From an uncultured bacterium (GTDB taxonomy: Bacteria; Patescibacteriota; Minisyncoccia; Phycocordibacterales; UBA9973), in assembly GCA_903895055.1 (NCBI GenBank), contig CAITSL010000041.1, forward strand, positions 1 to 37,721: a stretch of 37,721 nt of DNA, given 5' to 3'. Of this stretch, positions 1 through 11,821 are shown in pieces. The number at the start of each line of letters is the position of its first letter. Position 1 is the stretch's first letter. Both the position numbers and the translations under genes were made by a program. A model generated the notes under the pieces. That model was not told where the DNA came from. It was given only the letters and a program-made list of their open reading frames with translations, and made no database searches.

Positions 1-850
1 AAATATTTGTTTTATTTAATTCTTTTATTTGAGACTCAACTGCCGTTTTTGTTTCAGTACTATTGGCACACTCATTTACTTTTTTCACATCAAAACTAAA
101 TTTTATAAGCATAATATCAAGATTGGCTGGATCTAAAATATAATTCTTGTCGGTTGCAAAAAGATAACTATTCCAATCCCAAAACTTGTCTCCATAATCT
201 TTGTAAATACAATATCCGGTATAAGCGAGATTGTCCGTGATGTTCCCTTTGGCCGGATAATGGGCAAAAATATAATTGGCATTTTTTTTCGCAACTAATT
301 TTTGAATATCCGGATAGGCTTTGCGGGAATAATCACAATCGTAACAGCCAACAAAAACGACAGTATTTTGGGAGCCAACATTTCTAGTTGGAAAGGTAGA
401 CAGATCAACATTTTTTAAAGTTACATTTTTCTCTGATTTTTCTGTGATGCCACAGGTACTGTCATCACCTGCGTTTACTGGACTTACTTTGTTATTACTG
501 CCACTTGGGTCAAAAGCGCAGAAACCACTTGAGTTTAGGCCGTTGCAGGATCCATAGACATAAAAGTTATATCCACCTCGCAAAACCCAAAATGTACTGC
601 CTACCATTAAAATAAAAAATATCCAAGAAAGGATTTCATAGTGTTTGTTGACCATGCGAGTGAGAAAGAGAGAGCGATTAATTAATTTCGATAAAATTTT
701 GCCTTTGATTTTCTCTTGAAAACCGGTATTACAAGGTCTGAAAGTGACCCGGCGGAAAATGCAATCAAAGGCCTCGCGAGCCAGCGCTCGGTGCGAAGCG
801 GAAAAAATCCCCATGATCCCAAATACAATTAAAGCGATAAGACAAGGCAT
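1..850 (-). CDS. DsbA/thioredoxin-fold thiol:disulfide oxidoreductase-like protein, membrane anchored; partial (3' end runs off the window)
   Basis: Not in the ORF track because there is no stop in the window. Hand translation from ATG at complement(848..850) stays open to position 2: MPCLIALIVFGIMGIFSAS...SWIFFILMVGSTFWVL...NTVVFVGCYDCDYSRKAYPDIQKL. It has hydrophobic N-terminal segments and a CxxC (CYDC) motif in a DsbA-like context. Confidence 0.55.
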   Translation of the reverse strand, partial: MPCLIALIVFGIMGIFSASHRALAREAFDCIFRRVTFRPCNTGFQEKIKGKILSKLINRSLFLTRMVNKHYEILSWIFFILMVGSTFWVLRGGYNFYVYGSCNGLNSSGFCAFDPSGSNNKVSPVNAGDDSTCGITEKSEKNVTLKNVDLSTFPTRNVGSQNTVVFVGCYDCDYSRKAYPDIQKLVAKKNANYIFAHYPAKGNITDNLAYTGYCIYKDYGDKFWDWNSYLFATDKNYILDPANLDIMLIKFSFDVKKVNECANSTETKTAVESQIKELNKTNI

Positions 851-854
851 AAAT

Positions 855-2057
855 TTAAATTATTTTTAAAATTTTAGTTAAACTTTTAATAAAGACTTCC
901 GCTTCATCCATCGTATTGTAAACATAAAGTGAAATTCGGAGAGAGTTATAAATCTTTTTGGCATGGAACCAAGAATGCACGCAATGCTGTCCTGAACGAA
1001 CCGCAATATTTCCCATCTCATCTAGCATAATTGCAAACTTATGCATATCGGTATTGGAAATGTAGAAGTCAATGATACCAGATCGTAACTTGGGGTCAAG
1101 TGGACCGATGATTTTTATCTGCGGAAATTTCTCAAGTTCTCGGGTTAGATACGAATTCAATTCTAGCTCGTGTTTGGCGATATCCCCAAAATCCAGTTTA
1201 TCTAAATATTTTATCGCCTCGCCCAGCCCGATAATTCCGGCATAATCTTGGAGCCCAGCTTCAAATTTTTCCGGCACGGGTAACATTTTATAATCTTCGT
1301 AAGTAGTATATTCAACTGTATCTCCTCCTACTATAAACGGAGAAAGATCTTCCAATAACTTCTGTTTCCCATAAAATACTCCTGTCCCAGTCGGTCCGAG
1401 CATTTTATGGCCCGAAAATACTAAAAAATCTACATCTAATTTTCTAACATCAATTTTTCGATGCGCGATGCTTTGCGCGACGTCCAACATAACCAAAGCG
1501 CCTGCTTGATGCGCAATTTTGATTATTTCTTCAGCTGGGTTAGTGACTCCGTCCAGATTGGAAGTGTGCACGATTGAGACAAATTTCGTGCCTTTGACTA
1601 ATTCAGCAAATTTATTTAAATTAAAAGTATTGTCGTCATTCGATGGAATTATTTTCAAAACTATGCCAATTTTTTCTTTGAGGCGTAGCCAAGGCACCAG
1701 ATTAGAATTGTGTTCTTTGTCGGTAATAAGCACGATATCGCCTTTTTCAAATGGAAAACTATTCGCCAATAAATTTATCCCTTCAGTGGTATTGCGGGTA
1801 AAAATTATTTCTTTTTCGGAATTTGCGTTGATAAATTTTGCTACATTTTTTCTCGCTTCCTCAACTTTTTTGGTAGCTTTTTGTCCGAGTTTATGAGGAC
1901 TCCTATTGGCGCAAGCCGGAAATTCATAATAATATTGATTCATCGCTTCCACCACAGAGTTTGGTTTTAAACTCATGCAAGCCGAATCAAAATAGATTGG
2001 CACTTTTTCGCTGTCGAGTATTTTAAAATCTTTTCTAATTTTTTTTGGATCAATCAT
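855..2057 (-). CDS. sufS: Cysteine desulfurase, SufS/CsdA-type (class V aminotransferase fold)
   Basis: 400 aa. PLP-lysine motif SGHKMLGPTGTGVFYG and C-terminal catalytic Cys motif RSGQHCVHSW are typical of group II cysteine desulfurases. Confidence 0.85.
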   Translation of the reverse strand: MIDPKKIRKDFKILDSEKVPIYFDSACMSLKPNSVVEAMNQYYYEFPACANRSPHKLGQKATKKVEEARKNVAKFINANSEKEIIFTRNTTEGINLLANSFPFEKGDIVLITDKEHNSNLVPWLRLKEKIGIVLKIIPSNDDNTFNLNKFAELVKGTKFVSIVHTSNLDGVTNPAEEIIKIAHQAGALVMLDVAQSIAHRKIDVRKLDVDFLVFSGHKMLGPTGTGVFYGKQKLLEDLSPFIVGGDTVEYTTYEDYKMLPVPEKFEAGLQDYAGIIGLGEAIKYLDKLDFGDIAKHELELNSYLTRELEKFPQIKIIGPLDPKLRSGIIDFYISNTDMHKFAIMLDEMGNIAVRSGQHCVHSWFHAKKIYNSLRISLYVYNTMDEAEVFIKSLTKILKII

Positions 2058-2062
2058 AAATA

Positions 2063-2509
2063 TTAATTTTTTTTATGAACTTCCTTTTCCAATTGTTCCA
2101 CTTTTTCTGTCATAGTTTCTAATTCTCCTTTAATGTCCGAAATAAATTCTTCTTCTCCTTTAATTTCTGTTTCCGTCTTTTGGCTCAATCGTTTTTCGCC
2201 GCGCAATCCGGAAAGAATCAATTCATTCCCGATGAAACTGGAAGTGAACGCTCCTGAAATAAATAAGATTACAATTCCGACAATAAAGGACAGTGGACCA
2301 TCCCACCAAGTACCCGAAAGAGAGTCCGTTGTAATATTTCCTTGAAAATAAAAAATAAGATTGTGAATAAAATCAGTCGTATGCCACACTCCCCGCCAAA
2401 AAATTACTATCCCGATACCAACAATCAAAGCATATAATTTTGGTCGGTGACTCAAATAAATTCTTATTTTTTCTTCAATTTTCTCAGAAAAATCTCTGAT
2501 CTTTTTCAT
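2063..2509 (-). CDS. Small membrane protein with charged coiled C-terminus, unknown function
   Basis: 148 aa. Hydrophobic helices (LYALIVGIGIVIFW, LSFIVGIVILFISGAF) and a K/E-rich tail. Lies 5 nt upstream of the sufS-like gene and is preceded by a leaderless-type promoter. Confidence 0.6.
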   Translation of the reverse strand: MKKIRDFSEKIEEKIRIYLSHRPKLYALIVGIGIVIFWRGVWHTTDFIHNLIFYFQGNITTDSLSGTWWDGPLSFIVGIVILFISGAFTSSFIGNELILSGLRGEKRLSQKTETEIKGEEEFISDIKGELETMTEKVEQLEKEVHKKN

Positions 2510-2515
2510 TGAATC

Positions 2516-2524
2516 ATTTTAGCA
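2516..2524 (-). promoter_or_regulatory. Extended -10 promoter (TGcTAAAAT), 6 nt before ATG 2509
   Basis: Minus strand reads TGC TAAAAT GATTCA ATG. No Shine-Dalgarno sequence fits in the 6-nt gap. Confidence 0.55.
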
Positions 2525-2569
2525 CATTTCTCTTTTAAAATTGTTTGACATACATGAAATACTGTGTTG

Positions 2570-2656
2570 CGGAGAGAGAGGGATTCGAACCCTCGGTGCC
2601 ATTGCTGACACACAGACTTTCCAGGTCTGCCGATTAAACCGCTCTCGCATCTCTCC
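2570..2656 (-). tRNA. tRNA-Ser (anticodon GGA), class II
   Basis: Hand-folded 87 nt. Acceptor GGAGAGA/TCTCTCC, discriminator G, anticodon stem CAGAC/GTCTG with loop CTGGAAA. Long variable arm GTGTC-AGCAAT-GGCAC, T arm GAGGG-TTCGAAT-CCCTC. CCA is not encoded. Confidence 0.9.
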
Positions 2657-3311
2657 ATTCTTTATAAACAGAACTAATTCTATTATTTGAAGTACCAAAA
2701 ACTTTCAAATATTTTTCTACTAAATCTGCCTGATATAAATAAATATCTTTCCCCCGCTTAGTAATATGAGGCATAATTCCAAATTCCGCAAGGGTGTCAG
2801 CCACTTGAAAAATTAATTTCGGGGAATAGCTTGTAAAAGTAAGATATATATTCTTGTACATCCTACCATTAATTCTATGAATATGTACACCGATACAACC
2901 ATCAGTATCAATCAGCCCCCGAACGCAATTTTTTCGATATTCCGGTTTGTTTAAAATCCATTTTGGAATACTTAGCCCATTTTTTAATTTATTCCCCCGT
3001 GGTAAACCATTTACCACAAGAAAATCAACGACAGAAGTACTAGCCAGTGAAACTACCAGAGTATTTTTTTCTTTTCGTTTTCTGATAACTGGCTCTATCC
3101 CAAAAAGTTCTTTGCATAATGAATTTATATATTTTGAATAGTCAGCATCCTTAATAGAATTTAGAGTTATATTTGCTTGCCAGGGATTATTGATTCCCCC
3201 ATCACCCATCATAATTCCAAAAAATTCTGCCAGATCTTCGGAGTATTTAGGTAAAATTATTTTTTTACGATGACTATTTTCGGGGTGTTTAAGGGTTTTG
3301 ATATCAGCCAT
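2634..3311 (-). CDS. LAGLIDADG homing endonuclease-like protein (double-motif, free-standing)
   Basis: 225 aa with two LAGLIDADG motifs: LAEFFGIMMGDGGI and VRGLIDTDGCIG. The last 8 codons and the stop overlap tRNA-Ser(GGA) by 23 nt. Confidence 0.85.
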   Translation of the reverse strand: MADIKTLKHPENSHRKKIILPKYSEDLAEFFGIMMGDGGINNPWQANITLNSIKDADYSKYINSLCKELFGIEPVIRKRKEKNTLVVSLASTSVVDFLVVNGLPRGNKLKNGLSIPKWILNKPEYRKNCVRGLIDTDGCIGVHIHRINGRMYKNIYLTFTSYSPKLIFQVADTLAEFGIMPHITKRGKDIYLYQADLVEKYLKVFGTSNNRISSVYKEWRDARAV

Positions 3312-3317
3312 AGTTTA

Positions 3318-3326
3318 ATTATACCA
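3318..3326 (-). promoter_or_regulatory. Extended -10 promoter (TGgTATAAT), 6 nt before ATG 3311
   Basis: Minus strand reads TGG TATAAT TAAACT ATG. Confidence 0.55.
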
Positions 3327-3402
3327 CCGTTCTAGTACAAAACAAATTTTTTTACTAGACCACGATGCGACGTCTCCATCTCTTCAATCTACCTTATTTT
3401 GG

Positions 3403-3447
3403 GAAAAAAGAAAGCAAAATAAAAGGCGTACTCTTAAGGTACACCTT
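3403..3447 (-). terminator. Rho-independent terminator after the zinc-ribbon ORF
   Basis: Minus strand AAGGTGTAC-CTTAAGA-GTACGCCTT (9-bp stem with one G-U pair) followed by TTATTTTGCTTTCTTTTTT. Confidence 0.5.
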
Positions 3448-3474
3448 CGAGGGATTTAGTCCTCGTTAATTTGT

Positions 3475-3648
3475 TTATTCTTCTTTTACAACTTCCGGTG
3501 TTAAAGAATTTGAATCCTTTTTTTGAACCGGTTCAATTGGTTCGAAGGTTTCCTTCGGATTGCCGGTCCCGCATTCTGAACAAATTCCAAACCAGTTTGG
3601 GGCATACCAAGAATGACCACACTTATAGCATTTAAGAAATTGTCCCAT
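3475..3648 (-). CDS. Small zinc-ribbon protein (57 aa), below the ORF-track length cutoff
   Basis: Hand translation: MGQFLKCYKCGHSWYAPNWFGICSECGTGNPKETFEPIEPVQKKDSNSLTPEVVKEE. Contains CxxC...CxxC. A strong SD (AAGGAAAGGAGA) lies 6 nt upstream of the ATG and a terminator follows. Confidence 0.6.
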   Translation of the reverse strand: MGQFLKCYKCGHSWYAPNWFGICSECGTGNPKETFEPIEPVQKKDSNSLTPEVVKEE

Positions 3649-3725
3649 GATAGTCTCCTTTCCTTTTTAAAAAGTGAAAAAACAACATTTTTCTACATAA
3701 TAACAAACTTCTTGAAAAAGTAAAG

Positions 3726-4253
3726 TTATTTCGCAAGAACAGTTCTTGCGAGTTTTTTGGGAACAAAAACCTTTTCGGTGGCAAGCCATTTATTCAAAAT
3801 TGGACTCAGGGTTACAGCAAAACCGATATTGCCCGCTAGATGTAACGCAGTGAAAGGAATCTGCAAGGCAAATGCAGTAGACATTGTTTCTCCAAACATG
3901 GGAGCAAATAAAACTCCGGTAATTAAGTCATAAAAAATAGTTGCGCAGACAGCGAATACTACAAAATTTAAAACCTTTGATTTATATTTTAAAAAATACA
4001 AAGCTGAAACTGCTCCGATAAGCCCATAGGTAATACCAGCAATCCAAGTCCAAGAGCCAAAATGAGTTATAGTGTCAAAAAGGAAAATACTAAGGAAACC
4101 AAATAAAAAGCCTGCCATGGCGCCATATTTGCGTCCTAGGGGCATAATAGAGGCCATGATAGGTTCAACATTTGGCGCCCGAAGCGGAATGAGCCGAAAC
4201 AAAAGACAACCAACAAAAACAATTAAAATTTTGAAATTGAATCTAGCTTTCAT
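3726..4253 (-). CDS. Polytopic membrane protein, ECF-transporter S-component-like (DUF6580-like)
   Basis: 175 aa with about 5 TM helices. The N-terminal FRLIPLRAPNVEPIMASIMPLG resembles, from memory, the RLIP..PNFxP signature of folate-family ECF S-component-like proteins. Confidence 0.45.
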   Translation of the reverse strand: MKARFNFKILIVFVGCLLFRLIPLRAPNVEPIMASIMPLGRKYGAMAGFLFGFLSIFLFDTITHFGSWTWIAGITYGLIGAVSALYFLKYKSKVLNFVVFAVCATIFYDLITGVLFAPMFGETMSTAFALQIPFTALHLAGNIGFAVTLSPILNKWLATEKVFVPKKLARTVLAK

Positions 4254-4264
4254 TTGAGTTTCAA

Positions 4265-8042
<3,778 letters not shown>

Positions 8043-8055
<13 letters not shown>

Positions 8056-8612
8056 TTATATAAATCTTCCGAAAAAGAAGCACTGTGATTTGTCCCATTC
8101 GACACCCAATAGACAGTCGAAAGAACTTTCGCATCGTTCGCATTCGTGCCACGTTCTACTTTAATTATTCTGACAAAACCAGAGTCAGTGCCATTCGAAT
8201 CGTAATTATAACTTCCGGTACTTGAAGTGTACTTCAAATGCGCGCATCCCATTCCTCCTGCTTGGCAAACAGAAACCGAAGAATTAGGCGGAGCGAGAAA
8301 ACAACCATTTGCATTTGCATTTGCATTGCACCCAGAAAATTCAGCTAGAAAATGTCCCCAGCCGGTTTGTGGAGTTGACGGATCATCAAAAAATACATGC
8401 GTGTCGCGAATATTTCTGACATATTCGATCCCTTCTTGGGCTAAATATTGCGCGGTTGTTTTCTTTTTTGAAAAATTCAAATCTGAAATTCCACTGGCTA
8501 AAACAGCAAACATAACAGTCAGGGAAATGGAAAAAATAAAAACAGCCACCAATGTTTCAACTAAAGTGAACCCCGACTTGTTTTTTTTGTTTTGTTTTAA
8601 AAATTTAATCAT
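8043..8612 (-). CDS. Minor pilin with prepilin-type N-terminal cleavage/methylation motif
   Basis: 189 aa. N-terminus KSGFTLVETLVAVFIFSISL (G|FTLxE). Confidence 0.8.
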
Positions 8613-8621
8613 TTATATTAT

Positions 8622-9179
8622 TTAATTTAAAATATCTCTCTGGGATACCGAGGTTTGAATCGAAAAAGGAGTAGACTTGCCCTGATAAGTAATCTTACCA
8701 TTCAACCTGATGGTTACGAGAGGTTGTTGATTATCGTCTGCTTCAGCTCCAATAACTGAAAATCCAGAGTTGGCAACATCAATATCCACTTCATCGCCGG
8801 AAGTTAGTTGCACGGTATTTGATCCTGTTTGTTTCAAAATTTTTCCATTACTGTCGATGTGATAAATCCATTGGTCACCCTGAGATGACTTAAAAGCAAT
8901 TCCCCATCCATAGGCACAATTTTTATGAGTGTTAGGATCTAAATTATCACTACCGCTGGCACAGGTATACTGATATCCCGTTCTGATATTCCTGGACATA
9001 TCTTCCATCGTAAAATTCAAATTATCCATAATGGAGCGCATATTTTGCGTTTCTCGGTGCACTAAATTGGCATTTAGGAGGGCGCCCACTCCCATCGTAA
9101 TCACAATCAAAAAAATGGCAATAGCGATCAACATTTCGATAATTGTGAAGCCAGTATTTTTTTTATTATTTTTTTTCAT
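8622..9179 (-). CDS. Minor pilin with prepilin-type N-terminal cleavage/methylation motif
   Basis: 185 aa. N-terminus KNTGFTIIEMLIAIAIFLIV. Confidence 0.8.
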   Translation of the reverse strand: MKKNNKKNTGFTIIEMLIAIAIFLIVITMGVGALLNANLVHRETQNMRSIMDNLNFTMEDMSRNIRTGYQYTCASGSDNLDPNTHKNCAYGWGIAFKSSQGDQWIYHIDSNGKILKQTGSNTVQLTSGDEVDIDVANSGFSVIGAEADDNQQPLVTIRLNGKITYQGKSTPFSIQTSVSQRDILN

Positions 9180-9255
9180 AATTTATCCGCCTAAATTTTT
9201 TTATATTATATCTTTTTATTATTATACTCTTAATTGTGTGAAAAATTTTGGTGGA

Positions 9256-9915
9256 TTAATGTATTTGAATTCTGCCTGATGAATAAACCTTGATTTCCGA
9301 GGTGCTTCCGGATGGAGAAGAAAGAGTGATTACAACATAATCAACACCGGAAAGAGCACTCCCAATGTAGCTTGGGTTATATGTCCCAAAAATTACTCCC
9401 GGACTCGATCTGGTAAAAACAAGAGATAGGGGTCCTGCAAAATCTACCGAACTTCCAATTTGATAAAAAACTTCTAAGTTTGATACCGTATTACCACCTG
9501 TAATATTAATCCTATCCAAATAATCAATTCCACTACTACTATTGGTAGCGTTTTTGCAAGAGGTATCGCAATATCCATTGCCACTTAAATCGGTAAAATA
9601 TACAAAATTTGTATTGTTATTATTATTATTTAGATCATTATTCAGGTCAAAAAGAACTCCATAAGCTGGTTTCCAGCTCACTGAAGGAGCTTTTGATGGA
9701 GGCAAAGCACCGCTGGATGCGTCTTTTTGAGCTCCTACAATTTTTAATCCAATATCATTGGCTAAATTTATAATATTGACTCTATCTTCAAAAGTTCGGT
9801 AATTGGAAAGTACAACGCCAGACATAATAAAGAAAATAGCGATCGCTACCATCAACTCCACGTAGGTCATCCCGGCACTTAATTTTATCCGCCAAAATTT
9901 TTTAAGATAAGACAT
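9256..9915 (-). CDS. Minor pilin with prepilin-type N-terminal motif (GspH/FimT-like position)
   Basis: 219 aa. KLSAGMTYVELMVAIAIFFIM (G|MTYVE). Contains an Asn run encoded by (AAT)n. Confidence 0.75.
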   Translation of the reverse strand: MSYLKKFWRIKLSAGMTYVELMVAIAIFFIMSGVVLSNYRTFEDRVNIINLANDIGLKIVGAQKDASSGALPPSKAPSVSWKPAYGVLFDLNNDLNNNNNNTNFVYFTDLSGNGYCDTSCKNATNSSSGIDYLDRINITGGNTVSNLEVFYQIGSSVDFAGPLSLVFTRSSPGVIFGTYNPSYIGSALSGVDYVVITLSSPSGSTSEIKVYSSGRIQIH

Positions 9916-9992
9916 ATTGTTAATTAATTTATTTTTTTATCATAATTATATACATTATAAAAGAATTGAATTTTGTGTAAAATTTAGGCGGA

Positions 9993-10784
9993 CTAAAAAA
10001 TCAATGGGAAAAATTGCCAGCCAAAAAGGAAGGTTAAGATGACTCCTAAAACCAAAAAGGGAGCAAAGGGAATCTCGCTTTTCATTCCATGATTCCTTGA
10101 GAAAGCCATCAACAAAAGCCCTACGATCGCTCCCGACCAAAAAGCGAGCACTAGCCCTGAGAGCGCAGAAGAGAGGCCTAATAACCAGCCGAAACTTATC
10201 GCTAATTTCGCGTCTCCGAGGCCCATCCAACGCCCTTTGGAGAAAAACCACATGAGAGCAAAAGGAAGAGCAATCAAAAGCCCAGAGGAAAATTCTAAAA
10301 GAGATGGAAAATGGGGGTAAAAATTAAAATTAACAAAGAAAAATAAACCCAAGAATGACAAAATGCCAATGACAAGTGCTAGAGTATCCGGAATTATTTT
10401 ATGCTTCAAATCATATACTGCTATCACCAAGAGGAGAGAGAAAATAAGGGCATAATAGGCATATGTGATTGTGAACCCAAAGGTGTCCAGGAAGAAAATA
10501 TTTTGGAATTTCAAAAAAAGCAACATAAAAACAACGCCCGTGATAAATTCAACGATCGGATATTGGATTGAAATGCGAGTCTGACAACCTTTGCATCTTC
10601 CTTTCAAAAAAAGAAAACTAAACACCGGCACCAATTCATACCAAGAAAGTTTTTTCTGGCAAGTCAGACATCCGCTTCTGCCTCCGAAAGAGCGGTGCGT
10701 ATTGTATCGGAAAATCACCACATTCAAAAAACTGCCAATGATAAGCCCAAAAATAAAAAAGATAATCGATAAAATCGTAAGCAT
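9993..10784 (-). CDS. pilD: Prepilin peptidase/N-methyltransferase (A24 family)
   Basis: Polytopic protein with cytoplasmic Cys pairs CLTCQKKL...CKGCQ and the GLGDAKL aspartyl-protease motif. Start set at ATG 10784 (Met18 of the track ORF) because TGgTATAAT sits 6 nt upstream in the 19-nt gap after the preceding gene. Confidence 0.9.
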   Translation of the reverse strand: MLTILSIIFFIFGLIIGSFLNVVIFRYNTHRSFGGRSGCLTCQKKLSWYELVPVFSFLFLKGRCKGCQTRISIQYPIVEFITGVVFMLLFLKFQNIFFLDTFGFTITYAYYALIFSLLLVIAVYDLKHKIIPDTLALVIGILSFLGLFFFVNFNFYPHFPSLLEFSSGLLIALPFALMWFFSKGRWMGLGDAKLAISFGWLLGLSSALSGLVLAFWSGAIVGLLLMAFSRNHGMKSEIPFAPFLVLGVILTFLFGWQFFPLIF

Positions 10785-10790
10785 GTTTTT

Positions 10791-10799
10791 ATTATACCA
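10791..10799 (-). promoter_or_regulatory. Extended -10 promoter (TGgTATAAT), 6 nt before pilD ATG 10784
   Basis: Minus strand reads TGG TATAAT AAAAAC ATG. Confidence 0.5.
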
Positions 10800-10803
10800 C
10801 AAT

Positions 10804-11190
10804 TTAACAACCGGTATAAACAACCCCAGATTCACTCACCACAGCTGTGCAACCACTTTTAAGATTGGTTGCTTTAATTGAAAAAGTACCATCACCATTA
10901 GCGCAGTCATCAATAAAAGAACCCCAGGACGTAATTGCGGTATCCGCAGGAGCAGTTAAGGCGGAAGTCGCTCCAACACAATCCGCGCCCCCTTTAGTTA
11001 TATAACTGCCCGTCTCACTCTTAAACGCAGCAATATTAGCTTTTCTTCGGGGCAAATCCAAAGACACCAAAATTACTGCTGTTAAAACACAAATAATAGC
11101 AACAACTACTAAAAGTTCGATTGATGTAAACCCACCGGAAATTTTCTTTAAAAAACTTTGGTGAGTAAAACCCTTTTTAAAATTTTTCAT
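10804..11190 (-). CDS. Type IV pilin-like protein with unusually long (20-aa) leader
   Basis: 128 aa. MKNFKKGFTHQSFLKKISGG|FTSIELLVVVAIICVL, with four Cys in the C-terminal half. Confidence 0.8.
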   Translation of the reverse strand: MKNFKKGFTHQSFLKKISGGFTSIELLVVVAIICVLTAVILVSLDLPRRKANIAAFKSETGSYITKGGADCVGATSALTAPADTAITSWGSFIDDCANGDGTFSIKATNLKSGCTAVVSESGVVYTGC

Positions 11191-11196
11191 AGAAAC

Positions 11197-11205
11197 ATTA
11201 TAGCA
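11197..11205 (-). promoter_or_regulatory. Extended -10 promoter (TGcTATAAT), 6 nt before ATG 11190
   Basis: Minus strand reads TGC TATAAT GTTTCT ATG, immediately downstream of the pilA terminator. Confidence 0.55.
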
Positions 11206-11210
11206 TATTT

Positions 11211-11246
11211 AAAAAAAACAAAAACCACTTGAGAGAGTGGTTTTTG
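11211..11246 (-). terminator. Rho-independent terminator after the major pilin gene
   Basis: Minus strand AAAACCACT-CTCTCA-AGTGGTTTT followed by TGTTTTTTTT. Symmetric A/T tracts mean it could act on both strands. Confidence 0.7.
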
Positions 11247-11286
11247 TACAAATTTATTTTAAGAAAGATGGTTTTTATTCAACTCC

Positions 11287-11706
11287 TTAAATACATTTAG
11301 CATCAACTACAGTGCATGTGATAGTTACAGAGCTAGGTCCTGAAAGAGTATATTGATATGTAATTGGTGACGCTGTCAAAGACCCTGTGGGAGCAACCCA
11401 AGAAAAACCAGTAGGAAGTGCTGGCCATGTTATGGTGTGACCAGCAAAAGCAGTTGCATCGGAACTACTCTTCTGGCACACAATAGTAGTACCAGCAGTA
11501 GGAGCTGTGAGTGCTCCATATCCTCCATCGTCAGCACAAACAGTAAATTCAGGCATAAGACTCGCAGCAGTAGAAAGAGCAGAGGCTTTTAGAGCTTTAG
11601 TTCTTGCACTACTTAAGCTGGCCAAAACGACTGACGCCAAAATGCCGATGATGGCGATAACGACCAAAAGTTCAATTAACGTAAAACCTTTTTTAAAATT
11701 CTTCAT
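11287..11706 (-). CDS. pilA: Major type IV pilin
   Basis: 139 aa. MKNFKKG|FTLIELLVVIAIIGILASVVLASL, four Cys in the C-terminal region. It has its own promoter and a strong terminator, as expected for the abundant subunit. Confidence 0.85.
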   Translation of the reverse strand: MKNFKKGFTLIELLVVIAIIGILASVVLASLSSARTKALKASALSTAASLMPEFTVCADDGGYGALTAPTAGTTIVCQKSSSDATAFAGHTITWPALPTGFSWVAPTGSLTASPITYQYTLSGPSSVTITCTVVDAKCI

Positions 11707-11764
11707 AATTAATTTTATAATTTGCTAATAATTTTCGACTTATTTATAAATTTCTAATATTTTA

Positions 11765-11773
11765 ATTATATCA
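11765..11773 (-). promoter_or_regulatory. Extended -10 promoter (TGaTATAAT) for pilA, roughly 58-nt leader
   Basis: Minus strand reads TTTTGTGATATAATTAAAA. Unlike the other promoters, this one is not adjacent to the ATG. Confidence 0.45.
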
Positions 11774-11821
11774 CAAAACAACCAAATAAAAGCAAATAGA
11801 GTTATCCACAACCCCATTTTT

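Noticed and set aside
1519-1896. Opposite-strand and alternative-frame ORFs from the track that lie inside longer genes. Examples: 1519..1896, 2133..2345, 5497..6021, 6244..6528, 6850..7113, 7527..7856, 8227..8625, 14638..15099, 21647..22024, 22067..22417, 25344..25703, 27985..28335, 30788..31222, 34899..35429, 35189..35704.
   Set aside because: Each is fully embedded in a longer ORF that has clear family motifs. Their translations are low-complexity (S/F/L/I-rich) shadows with no motifs or start signals.
2570-3385. The idea that tRNA-Ser(GGA) is interrupted by a group I intron carrying the LAGLIDADG gene, or that GAAGAGATGGAGA at complement(3373..3385) is a displaced tRNA 5' half.
   Set aside because: The tRNA folds as one uninterrupted 87-nt cloverleaf. 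The upstream look-alike matches only about 9 purine-rich nt and does not continue into a D arm, so it is most likely chance.
9617-9630. (TTA)n/(AAT)n microsatellites encoding Asn runs in a minor pilin, and a similar run at about 33376..33392 in the adaptor protein.
   Set aside because: There are only 4-5 units, they are in frame, and such runs are typical of AT-rich genomes. There is no evidence of phase variation.
10785-10835. N-terminal extensions of the longest ORFs: pilD to 10835, the MliC-like gene to 23434, ftsH to 36808, the 20992 ORF to 21501, and the receiver TTG at 27938.
   Set aside because: The extensions overlap neighbouring genes or promoters. In each case an internal ATG is preceded at 6-8 nt by a TGnTAnAnT box and begins a sensible N-terminus.
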